Shown: one piece after another, positions 23,301 to 32,031 of the stretch
How positions within the stretch are numbered: position 1 is the stretch's first letter
Layout of the letters: every line of letters starts with the position of its first letter
DNA from: an uncultured Methanosarcinales archaeon
GTDB taxonomy: Archaea; Nanobdellota; Nanobdellia; Woesearchaeales; SM23-78
DNA length: 48,108 bases
Assembly (NCBI GenBank): GCA_964426715.1
Contig: CAYRRQ010000001.1
Coordinates: 1-48,108 of the forward strand
Direction of reading: 5' to 3'
Translations under genes and position numbers: made by a program
The notes under the pieces: model-generated
The model's database searches: none
Told to the model about the DNA's origin: nothing
What the model saw: the letters and a program-made list of their open reading frames with translations, nothing else

Positions 23301-23331
23301 ATTCAAGTAACGCACTCGCTCTTTTTCACAG

Positions 23332-25356
23332 GTGGTTGAGTTGGATGTAACAGAACAAATAACCCTGTTTCACAAATTTTTTGAAACCGAGTATTACTCA
23401 GAACTAGTCAAGCAGGTTAGGACGGGCAGGAAGTTTATCAAGATAGATTTTGCCACGCTCTCCAAGTTCAGCCCTGACCTGGCAGACGCGCTCCTAGAAA
23501 AGCCAGAGGAGATAATAAAAGCAGTAGAGCTCTCTGTTGACGGCTTTGATATTGAAGGAGACACCAAGAACTTCAAGGTAAGATTCCATAACCTGCCTGC
23601 CTCGCAAAGCGTGAGAATAAGGAATATCAGGAGCAGGGACTTAGGTAAGCTCATAGAGATAGAAGGCCTAGTAAGGCAGAAAAGCGATGTAAGGCCTCAG
23701 GTAACCAGCGCAAGGTTTGAATGCCCGGGCTGCGGCAACATTATTAACGTGCTGCAATTAGACACTAAGTTCAAGGAGCCCAGCAGGTGCAGTTGCGGCA
23801 GAAAAGGCAAGTTCAGGCTTATCTCAAAGGAGTTGGTGGACGCTCAGAAGCTGGTCCTAGAAGAAGCGCCTGAGGATTTGGAAGGGGGTGAGCAGCCCAA
23901 GAGGCTTAATGTTTTTCTTAAGAGCGATCTTGTAAGCCCTATGAGCGACAGGAAGACTAATCCTGGGAGCAAGATAAAGGTAGGCGGCATAATCAAAGAG
24001 GTTCCTATTGAGATAGGTGGGATTCGCACCACCCGCTTTGACTTGTTCAGCGACGCGAATCATATTGAGCCCATCCAGGAGGACTTCTATGAGCTGGAAA
24101 TTAGTGAGAAGGAAAAAAAAGAGATAGAAGACCTATCCAAGAAAAAGAATGTTTTTGAAAAACTAAGGGATTCCCTGGCGCCAAGCATATATGGTTATGA
24201 CCCGGTAAAAGAAGCCTTGCTGCTGCAAATGTTCGGGGGAGTAATAAAAAAGAGGGATAAAGGAGATGTTACCAGGGGAGACATTCACATACTCTTAATA
24301 GGCGACCCTGGTAGTGGCAAGTCGCAGTTATTAAAACGAATAAGCGTGGTTGCGCCTAAGAGCCGCTATGTCAGCGGAAAAGGCGCTACAGGCGCAGGCC
24401 TTACTGCCAGCGTGGTAAAGGACGAGTTCCTCAGGGGGTGGGCTCTGGAAGCAGGCGCCCTGGTACTCACTAACAAGGGAGTCTGCTGTATCGACGAGCT
24501 TGACAAGATGTCTCAGGAAGACCAGAGTGCTATGCATGAGGGTCTTGAGCAGCAAACCATTACTATCAGCAAGGCCAACATCCAGGCAACATTAAGAGCA
24601 GAGACCACTGTTCTGGCCGCTGCTAATCCCAAGTTCGGTCGCTTTGACCCATACGAGATTATAGCAAAGCAGATAGAGCTTCCTACTACCCTGATAAACC
24701 GGTTTGACCTTATTTTTCCAATGAGGGACCTGCCCAACAAGGAGCAGGACGAAAAGCTGGCCAATTTTATATTAAAGCTTCATCAGAGCGCTGAGAAAAA
24801 AGAGTCTGAGATAAGTTCTGAACTCATAAAAAAATATGTTTCATACGCCAGGAGGAACATCTTTCCAAAACTGACTGACACCGCAAGGGATGAGATACAG
24901 AAATTCTTTGTGAACATGCGAAACGCTGGCGGCCAGGACGAGGGTATGAAGACGATCCCTATAAGTGCCAGACAACTGGAAGCCCTTGTAAGGCTTAGCG
25001 AGGCGCGGGCCAGGGCAGAACTCAGGGACAAAGTGCTGAAAAAGGATGCTAAAAAGGCTGTGGAGCTCGTGCATTACTGCCTGTCCCAGATCGGTATGGA
25101 TCCTGAGACTGGAAAGATTGATATTGACAGGCTCACCACAGGAATCAGTGCTTCTGAGAGGAGCGACATCTCTATTGTAAAGGAGATTATTAATGAACTG
25201 GAAAAAGTGCTGGGAAAAACCATTCCTGTAGAGGATGTTGAAAGGGAAGCAGGCATTAAAGATGTGGACAGGGATAAGGTTCATGAAATACTTGATAAGC
25301 TTAAGCGCTCAGGAGACATCTTCAGCCCGAGGCACGGCGTTATATCAAGGATCTAG
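23332..25356 (+). CDS. mcm: MCM replicative helicase
   Basis: Zn finger CPGCGN..CSCG, Walker A GDPGSGKSQ, Walker B CCIDELDK, Arg finger NRFDLIF. GTG start. The 674-aa length fits an intein-free MCM. Confidence 0.97.
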   Translation: MVELDVTEQITLFHKFFETEYYSELVKQVRTGRKFIKIDFATLSKFSPDLADALLEKPEEIIKAVELSVDGFDIEGDTKNFKVRFHNLPASQSVRIRNIRSRDLGKLIEIEGLVRQKSDVRPQVTSARFECPGCGNIINVLQLDTKFKEPSRCSCGRKGKFRLISKELVDAQKLVLEEAPEDLEGGEQPKRLNVFLKSDLVSPMSDRKTNPGSKIKVGGIIKEVPIEIGGIRTTRFDLFSDANHIEPIQEDFYELEISEKEKKEIEDLSKKKNVFEKLRDSLAPSIYGYDPVKEALLLQMFGGVIKKRDKGDVTRGDIHILLIGDPGSGKSQLLKRISVVAPKSRYVSGKGATGAGLTASVVKDEFLRGWALEAGALVLTNKGVCCIDELDKMSQEDQSAMHEGLEQQTITISKANIQATLRAETTVLAAANPKFGRFDPYEIIAKQIELPTTLINRFDLIFPMRDLPNKEQDEKLANFILKLHQSAEKKESEISSELIKKYVSYARRNIFPKLTDTARDEIQKFFVNMRNAGGQDEGMKTIPISARQLEALVRLSEARARAELRDKVLKKDAKKAVELVHYCLSQIGMDPETGKIDIDRLTTGISASERSDISIVKEIINELEKVLGKTIPVEDVEREAGIKDVDRDKVHEILDKLKRSGDIFSPRHGVISRI

Positions 25357-25391
25357 AGCCAGCTTAGAAGTGTGTAGACACGTGATATTTC

Positions 25392-26012
25392 ATGGCAAGC
25401 ATAAAAAGAGAGACCGCGGTTATTTGTAGCATAAACACCTTGCTAGACGGAGAATTTGTGAGGACAGAAGGCTGGAAGCCCAGCTATTTCTCGACTAATA
25501 TTGGAGACGTGTCCAGGACTAATCTTATGGGTGTGATTGTGAGTAAGGAGCCCACTGGCAACTTGTACCTTGACGACGGCACGGGCAGAATCCTGCTGAG
25601 AAGCTTTGAAGAACAGGCTTTTGAAGACCTGAACATAGGTGATTTTGTAATGGTAGTTGGCAGGCCCCGTGTTTATAACGAGGAGAGATATGTTCTGCCT
25701 GAAATAATCAGCAAGCCAGGGCCTAGGTGGGGGGAGTACAGAAAGCTTCAGCTGAAAATGAGGAAGGCCAATACCAGGGCAAGGAGTCCTGAACAAAAAG
25801 ATAAGAAGATAAAGCTGGACCCGCCTGTTCAGAAAACTAATTATTATCAGAAAATCCTTGAGTTCATAAAAGACCTTGACAATGGCGGGGGCGCTGACAT
25901 TGAAGAAGTAAAAAAGAGGAGTGGTGCGCCTGACGCTGAGGGAGTAGTGAAGAAGCTTATAGAGGAAGGAGAGGTTTTTGAGCTCAGACCGGGCAAGCTA
26001 AAAATATTATAG
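25392..26012 (+). CDS. RPA32-like OB-fold protein with a C-terminal winged helix
   Basis: OB signature ..NLMGVIVSKEPTGNLYLDDGTGRILLRSF..GDFVMVVGRPRVY. The C-terminal ..ILEFIKDL..ADIEEVKKRSG..VVKKLIEEGEVFELRPGKLKIL is wH-like. It sits immediately downstream of mcm. Confidence 0.6.
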   Translation: MASIKRETAVICSINTLLDGEFVRTEGWKPSYFSTNIGDVSRTNLMGVIVSKEPTGNLYLDDGTGRILLRSFEEQAFEDLNIGDFVMVVGRPRVYNEERYVLPEIISKPGPRWGEYRKLQLKMRKANTRARSPEQKDKKIKLDPPVQKTNYYQKILEFIKDLDNGGGADIEEVKKRSGAPDAEGVVKKLIEEGEVFELRPGKLKIL

Positions 26013-26044
26013 TCATCTAGTTCTTAATTTCCTAATTCTTAATG

Positions 26045-26902
26045 TCAGAATATGACAGGCGTGACAAAGACTTCCAGGATTGCGGCGAGGAACAATATGC
26101 CCAGGCTTAGAAGCAACAAGTCTGCTGAGTCAAGGAGTATGTGCTCGAACTTGGTAGTGCCAAAATCATGCTTTATCACAGCAATCCCTATGATGCCTCC
26201 GGCTAAGCCGCCTACAAAATAAGCAAGTATCTCAGGTATGCCGTGAATAGAGTACCTGAACAAGCCCAGGCTTATTATCTGGAAGTAGTGAGCTATCTTG
26301 TCAAAGCCCACAAGCTGGGCAGCAACAGCCAGTTCTGAACGCACAAAATTACCTATAGCCGTACCTATCACAGAGGCGTTCCACATCAATATGAATATTG
26401 CTCCTGAGCCATAGATGAACGAGAATAATATGCAAAAAATAAGTACTTTTATGTTGTTAAGAAATATCTTGGAAAAATAAGAGAGGTTGGCATTAAAGCT
26501 GAAGTGCCCGGTTACCCTGCTGTTAATCGCATTTATAGTGGCGGTCTGGGACTGGAAAAGCGTGGTTACTGTTCCTGATGAGAGGAGAATGTACCAGAAA
26601 GCAAAAGCTAGGGTGGCTCCGATGAACAGGAAAATGAATGATTTCAGGGCTTTGCCGTGCTCCTTAAGCAGCCATTTCTCCTCCATACCCTCCATGTCCT
26701 TTTCCTCCTCCATTTTTATGGTGTTATAGATTAATGGAAGAGCGGCCATGGATGTGAGGAAGACCATTATCAGGCTTGCCTGGGACTTAAATATCCATAG
26801 GCTTAAGAAGATAGCTATAGAGCAGAAACCCGCGCCTATCAGGAGAAGCTTCACAGGTCTTTTCTCAGCACTAAAAGGAGATATTATTGATTCCAGGACC
26901 AT
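26045..26902 (-). CDS. SpoIIM/DUF95-like integral membrane protein
   Basis: Multi-pass membrane protein. ..FLNNIKVLIFCILFSFIYGSGAIFILMWNASVIGTAIG.. resembles the stage II sporulation protein M family core. Confidence 0.55.
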   Translation of the reverse strand: MVLESIISPFSAEKRPVKLLLIGAGFCSIAIFLSLWIFKSQASLIMVFLTSMAALPLIYNTIKMEEEKDMEGMEEKWLLKEHGKALKSFIFLFIGATLAFAFWYILLSSGTVTTLFQSQTATINAINSRVTGHFSFNANLSYFSKIFLNNIKVLIFCILFSFIYGSGAIFILMWNASVIGTAIGNFVRSELAVAAQLVGFDKIAHYFQIISLGLFRYSIHGIPEILAYFVGGLAGGIIGIAVIKHDFGTTKFEHILLDSADLLLLSLGILFLAAILEVFVTPVIF

Positions 26903-26943
26903 ATTTTTTTCTTCAGATTATGAGTATTTAAACCTTTTGGAAT

Positions 26944-27075
26944 GGGGATGCTGCAGAAGCCGTCGCCGCCATTATTTGCGTTGTCTACATTTTTTGTAGG
27001 TATGCAAAGGCGCGGCGGAGTTTTGCGAACGGTTTTTAAGCGAGCAAATCGTAGTAGGACTCTGCAGCAACACCC
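26944..27075 (+). ncRNA. Candidate structured ncRNA (~132 nt, three-way junction), class unknown
   Basis: A GC-rich block in an otherwise AT-rich intergenic region. The closing helix pairs GGGGATGCTGCAG (26944-26956) with CTGCAGCAACACCC (27062-27075). A long hairpin spans 26960-27018 (CCGTCGC/GCGGCGG, TTTGC/GCAAA, CTACA/TGTAG). A second hairpin is TTTGC..GCAAA (27022-27048). One U-G pair favours the plus strand. A TATA TATTTAAA (26925-32) lies about 20 nt upstream. Confidence 0.35.
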
Positions 27076-27153
27076 AATCATCACAAAAATTTATAAAAGA
27101 AAGTCTTTTTCCAAGGAAGAATTAAGAGATTAGAAAAATTCAAGAAACCCAAA

Positions 27154-27564
27154 ATGGCTGATTATGAATCATTATTAAAACGCGGAAAAAAGGCTTTGCC
27201 TGAGCGAGCAGAAGCAGATGCAAGGTTTATTATCCCTAAGATAAGGGGGCACGTACAGGGCAATAAGACGGTTCTGAGCAACTTTCTGCAGATAGCCAAG
27301 CATCTTGGCAGGAACCCGAAACACATGCTTAAATACGTCTTAAAAGAGCTTGCAACGCCAGGTGAGATTAAGAAGAACTTTATACTTCTGGGCACCAAGG
27401 TGCCTGCAAGCAGGATTAATGAGAAAATCCAGAAATACGCAGATACGTTCGTGATTTGCAGGGAGTGCGGCAAGCCTGATACCAACATGACCAAGGAGGG
27501 GAACATTTATTTTGTCAAGTGCCAGGCCTGCGGGGCCAGGTATTCTGTTTATTCAAAGATATAA
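27154..27564 (+). CDS. Translation initiation factor aIF2 beta subunit
   Basis: YESLLKRG..RFIIPK..GNKTVLSNF..IAKHLGRNPKHMLKYVLKELATPG.., and a C-terminal zinc ribbon CRECGKPDT..KCQACG. A TATA TTTATAAAA lies about 60 nt upstream. Confidence 0.93.
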   Translation: MADYESLLKRGKKALPERAEADARFIIPKIRGHVQGNKTVLSNFLQIAKHLGRNPKHMLKYVLKELATPGEIKKNFILLGTKVPASRINEKIQKYADTFVICRECGKPDTNMTKEGNIYFVKCQACGARYSVYSKI

Positions 27565-27630
27565 TCTTATCCTTTTCATAATGTTCTAAAAACGATTTAT
27601 TTATAAACAAGAAATAATTAAATAAGACCT

Positions 27631-30600
27631 ATGAGCTTAATAAAAAGCTTCACGCAAATCTCTAAAACAGACACTTTGATTGCAGGCGGAAAAGGCGCTT
27701 CACTCGGAGAGATGACTCAGGCAGGAATTCCTGTTCCAAAAGGTTTTGTGATTCTCTCTAATGCTTTTGATAAATTTATTAAAAAAACAGATCTTAATGT
27801 TGAAATAGACGCGGCATTGGACGAGGTTAATATTAACGAAGTTCATACTGTTGAAAACGCTTCTGAAAAAATAAAGGCAATGATTCTTTCTAAAGAGATG
27901 CCAGAAGATATTAAAAAAGAGGTTTTGAAGAATTACAAAAAGTTAGATGCTAAATTTGTTGCGGTTCGTTCCTCTGCAACATCAGAAGACTCCGCGTCTG
28001 CTGCCTGGGCAGGGCAATTAGAAACCTATCTTAACACAACAAAAGAAAACTTATTGGAAAATGTAAAGAAATGCTGGGCTTCTTTGTTTACTCCCAGAGC
28101 TATTTTTTACAGGTTTGAAAAGAAACTAAGCAAGGAGAAGATTTCTGTTGCTGTCGTCGTGCAGAAAATGATTGATAGCGAAGAATCAGGAATTGCCTTT
28201 TCAGTTCATCCAGTTACACAAGATGAAAACCAAATAATTATTGAAGCAGGTTTTGGTTTAGGAGAATCTATTGTTTCCGGCTCAATAACTCCAGATAGTT
28301 ATGTTATTGATAAGCAGGGATTTAATATCTTGGACATAAATATAACCGAACAGACAAAAGCATTATACAAAAAATCTAAAGGCGGAAACGAATGGAAAGA
28401 ACTAGCAGGAAAAGGTAAAAAACAAGTCTTAAACGAAAAAGAAATTATTGAATTATCTAAACTTATTGTAAAAATTGAAACCCACTATGGTTTCCCTTGT
28501 GATATAGAGTGGGCAAAAGAAAAAGGCAAATTCTATATTGTGCAGAGCAGACCAATCACTACAATAAAAGTTAAAAAAATAAAAGCATTTGATATTCAAC
28601 AGAGAATAATAACGCCAAAGAACTTGTCCGTTTTTGAAATTGATGAAAATAGCAATTATTTTTCTGTGGTGGCAAGGAAATCTGTTTTATTATTAAGATG
28701 TTGTCTTCCTTGGGGATATTGTGATAATGAAAGATACATAAAATTATTTGGTTTTCCGACACCACACAAACCTTTTTATGATAGCCGGAGAGGAATCTTT
28801 GTTGATAGAAATGCAATTGCAGTTGAAAAAAAAGAGATTTTATCACAAATAGAAAAAAAATCTGATTACCTAAAAACAATCGCAGATAAACTCCAAGATG
28901 ACGGGGATAAACTTTGGAAGCAAAGTTTAAAGATTAAAAAAACAGATTTAAACAAAAAAACTGATGAGGAATTAAAAGAGTTAGCTAGAAAAGGAATAGA
29001 GGATATAGTTAATTTATGTGCATATTTATTATTCCCATTATCCTTACAGGGATATTTTGAGGAATCAATAAAAAAATGGATATCTCAAAAGATTAAAGAC
29101 CAAAAGCTAAAAGATGAATATTTTAAAGTTTTAACAACCCCCTCTAAACAGAATTTTGGATATTTTGAACAAGTTGCCATTCTTAAATTAGCGACACTTT
29201 ATAGTGAAAATAAAAAGATTGAAAGTGATATAGAAAAATATCTTTTTGATTTTGACACACTTGGAGTTAAATATGGTATTGGTGAATTATGGAATACAAA
29301 AGAGGTTGCGGAAAGAATAAAGTATTTAGCGGGACAATCTCCTAAAAAAAGACTAAACCACATTTTATCAATACCGAAGCAGGCAGACGATAAGGTGGAA
29401 GCCTTGCTTAAAAAATTAAATGCTGATCAAAATTTTAAAAAATTTATCGCAACAACTCGTTTATACATATATTTGAGAACATATAGAACAGATATTATTT
29501 CGGGAGCTTTTGCAAATATGTTTCCTTTATTTGAAGAAATTGGGAAAAGAAACGCACTTAATTTGAAATCAGTTATTGAATGTTTACCAAATGAAATAAC
29601 TAGTTTTGAATTTCCTAATAAAAAAACAATTACAGAAAGAGCAAAAACAAATATACTAAGAGGTATTGATGGTAATTTGTATGTCGCTTTTGGCGAAAAA
29701 GCCATCAAGATTCATAAAAAATTGTTAAAAAAGGTCAACCAAAAAATTACCAAGACAAAAACAAAAATTACAGAAAACAAAGAAATAAAGGGTGTTATTG
29801 CGAATAAAGGTATTGTTAAAGGATTTGTTAAAATTGTTTTGGACAATACTGAATTAAAAAAAGTAAATGAAGGTGATATTTTAGTTTCTTCAATGACTAC
29901 CCCCGATTTTGTTCCAGCTATGGAAAAGGCTTCAGCATTCATAACTGATGAAGGAGGAATTTTGTGTCATGCAGCGATTGTATCAAGAGAAATGAAGAAA
30001 CCATGTATTATAGGTACAGGAAATGCAACTTCAATCTTAAAGGACGGCGACTTAGTAGAAGTTGATGCCGAAAAAGGAGTTGTAAAAATTCTGAATAAAA
30101 AAACAAAGCAGGACAAGGTACAAAACAGACCTATTAAAACTTCAGATAAAAAATCCTTTTCTAATGAAGTAATAAATAAATTTAAGGATTATTTTAAATA
30201 TAAAGAAATTACGAAACAGGAAGGTTCCTTATCTCCATTGGTTTGGGAAACTTTGGCATCTTCTATAAAAATTCCGCTCTATAAGAAATATTATCCCAAA
30301 ATAGATTTTGGTCCAATTATTTTTATGAATAAGGAGAATAAAGGAATTGGTTTTTTTAACTTTAATTCCTATTTGGCATGTGCTGAAGATGGCCTAAAAA
30401 GATATTTGTCTGGAAGACTTGAGGAGTTCAACGATATGAAGAAATTGAGAAATAGAATAACTGAAATGTATAAAAATTATTCGCCAGAGGCTTTATCTAA
30501 ATTGAATGGTAAAGAATTAATAAATATAACAAAAGAGATATTTCTTATACTACAAGAAGCACAAATCATCACATTATTTTGTGAAGCCTTAGATGACAAA

Positions 30601-31587
30601 GTCGTTAAAAAATATTTTGATAGATTTAATAAAAGTCAAAAAATCTCATTAGAAGAGTTTTTTAATATTGCTTCTTTAGTTTTTTTTAACTCATTTTTTG
30701 GTCAATTAGATTTGGCATTAATAGAATTTGATAAAAAAAATCTTTATAAAACTCAATGGGCATTTTCAGATTATATGGGAACTCCAAATGTAGAGGACAT
30801 CCAAAATAAGGTTAAACAACTAATAAAAGAAAAGGGCGGAATAAGCAAAGTAATTGAAGAAAGAAAAGAATTAGAAAAAGAAGTTTCTGAAAATAAAGAA
30901 AAAATATCCAAATTTAAAACAAAACTAAATTCTGACCTGAGAAAATTATTTGAATTTATACAAGAAACAATTAAACTTAGAGATTTAAGAAAAAGGGCTT
31001 TTTTTAATTGTATTGCCTTATTATCGAATTCTGTTAGAGAGCTATTAAAAAGAAAGGAAGTTGATAAAAACTTATTCTATTATGTAATTTTTTCAGATTT
31101 AAAGAAAGATTTGTATTTGAAAGAAAATTATATTGAGATTCTAAAGAAAAGAAAAGAGGGAAATTTATATTACTTTGATGAAAAATATTTCCAAGAATTA
31201 AATGTAGATTATGAAAATACAAAAAAAGAAATTTTTGGTTTTATGGACAGAAAGAATGGCAAAGAAATTAAAGGAGTCATAGCACAAAAAGGTTTCGTTC
31301 AAGGAAAAGCAAAGATAATATTAGACCAAATCCAATTTAAAGAATTTAATGAGGGAGATGTTCTAATTACTTCTATGACAAGACCTGAATTTGTCCCTTT
31401 AATGAAACAGGCAAGGGCAATAATCACAGATGAAGGGGGATTAACCTGTCACGCGGCCATAGTTTCCAGAGAGTTAAAAATTCCGTGCATAATCGGCACT
31501 AAAAATGCCACGCGGATACTTAACGACGGCGACTTAGTAGAAGTTGATGCGAACAAGGGTATTGTTAAGATTCTAAAGAGAAAATAA
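27631..31587 (+). CDS. PEP synthase/PPDK-family phosphotransferase without a PEP/pyruvate TIM-barrel domain: N-terminal ATP-grasp (PPDK_N) followed by two copies of [helical region + PEP-utilising swivel His domain]
   Basis: The N-terminus ..IAGGKGASLGEMTQAGIPVPKGFV.. to ..CDIEWAKEKGKFYIVQSRPIT is PPDK_N-like. Swivel domains occur at about aa 717-822 (..ITDEGGILCHAAIVSREMKKPCIIG..) and aa 1211-1318 (..ITDEGGLTCHAAIVSRELKIPCIIG..). Confidence 0.8.
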   Translation: MSLIKSFTQISKTDTLIAGGKGASLGEMTQAGIPVPKGFVILSNAFDKFIKKTDLNVEIDAALDEVNINEVHTVENASEKIKAMILSKEMPEDIKKEVLKNYKKLDAKFVAVRSSATSEDSASAAWAGQLETYLNTTKENLLENVKKCWASLFTPRAIFYRFEKKLSKEKISVAVVVQKMIDSEESGIAFSVHPVTQDENQIIIEAGFGLGESIVSGSITPDSYVIDKQGFNILDINITEQTKALYKKSKGGNEWKELAGKGKKQVLNEKEIIELSKLIVKIETHYGFPCDIEWAKEKGKFYIVQSRPITTIKVKKIKAFDIQQRIITPKNLSVFEIDENSNYFSVVARKSVLLLRCCLPWGYCDNERYIKLFGFPTPHKPFYDSRRGIFVDRNAIAVEKKEILSQIEKKSDYLKTIADKLQDDGDKLWKQSLKIKKTDLNKKTDEELKELARKGIEDIVNLCAYLLFPLSLQGYFEESIKKWISQKIKDQKLKDEYFKVLTTPSKQNFGYFEQVAILKLATLYSENKKIESDIEKYLFDFDTLGVKYGIGELWNTKEVAERIKYLAGQSPKKRLNHILSIPKQADDKVEALLKKLNADQNFKKFIATTRLYIYLRTYRTDIISGAFANMFPLFEEIGKRNALNLKSVIECLPNEITSFEFPNKKTITERAKTNILRGIDGNLYVAFGEKAIKIHKKLLKKVNQKITKTKTKITENKEIKGVIANKGIVKGFVKIVLDNTELKKVNEGDILVSSMTTPDFVPAMEKASAFITDEGGILCHAAIVSREMKKPCIIGTGNATSILKDGDLVEVDAEKGVVKILNKKTKQDKVQNRPIKTSDKKSFSNEVINKFKDYFKYKEITKQEGSLSPLVWETLASSIKIPLYKKYYPKIDFGPIIFMNKENKGIGFFNFNSYLACAEDGLKRYLSGRLEEFNDMKKLRNRITEMYKNYSPEALSKLNGKELINITKEIFLILQEAQIITLFCEALDDKVVKKYFDRFNKSQKISLEEFFNIASLVFFNSFFGQLDLALIEFDKKNLYKTQWAFSDYMGTPNVEDIQNKVKQLIKEKGGISKVIEERKELEKEVSENKEKISKFKTKLNSDLRKLFEFIQETIKLRDLRKRAFFNCIALLSNSVRELLKRKEVDKNLFYYVIFSDLKKDLYLKENYIEILKKRKEGNLYYFDEKYFQELNVDYENTKKEIFGFMDRKNGKEIKGVIAQKGFVQGKAKIILDQIQFKEFNEGDVLITSMTRPEFVPLMKQARAIITDEGGLTCHAAIVSRELKIPCIIGTKNATRILNDGDLVEVDANKGIVKILKRK

Positions 31588-31694
31588 AAGGCTCAAAAAA
31601 ACAAGGCATAGAATTCCTTAATCTTTTTAAATAGAGTGTTCCATTCTAGGCAAATATTTTTTAAACTACTGCAATTTACCTTCATAATATTCTC

Positions 31695-31973
31695 ATGAAA
31701 AGAATCAGCTTTATATTTAAGGGAAGGGTGCAAGGTGTTTCTTATAGGTGGATTGTGATTAACAAGGCGCGTGGGCTCGGCCTGAAAGGCTTTGTAAAGA
31801 ACCTTGCCAACAGCTCTGTGAGGGTTGTAGCTGAGGGCGACGAAGACAAAATTAAGCAGTTATTATCTTTTTGCAGGGAAAATCCCGGTCATTCTCGTGT
31901 TGACAACGTCGAGGTTGAAGAGGAGGAAACGATTTCTGTTCCTGAGTATGATGATTTCAAGGTTGAGTTTTAA
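31695..31973 (+). CDS. acyP: Acylphosphatase
   Basis: ..FKGRVQGVSYRWIVINKARGLGLKGFVKNLANSSVRVVAEGDEDKI..; 92 aa, typical of the family. Confidence 0.9.
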   Translation: MKRISFIFKGRVQGVSYRWIVINKARGLGLKGFVKNLANSSVRVVAEGDEDKIKQLLSFCRENPGHSRVDNVEVEEEETISVPEYDDFKVEF

Positions 31974-32031
31974 TATTGGTCTCTTCTTAAATTCTTTTCC
32001 TGAATAAGCACCCAGATCGTTATTTAGTTAT

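Noticed and set aside
26944-27075. Calling this element a 5S rRNA gene
   Set aside because: The size and three-way topology fit 5S, and two 5S-like motifs are present. However, the loop-C-like motif sits in the 3' hairpin and too close to the 3' end, so the canonical helix II-V arrangement cannot be drawn. I kept it only as an unclassified ncRNA candidate.
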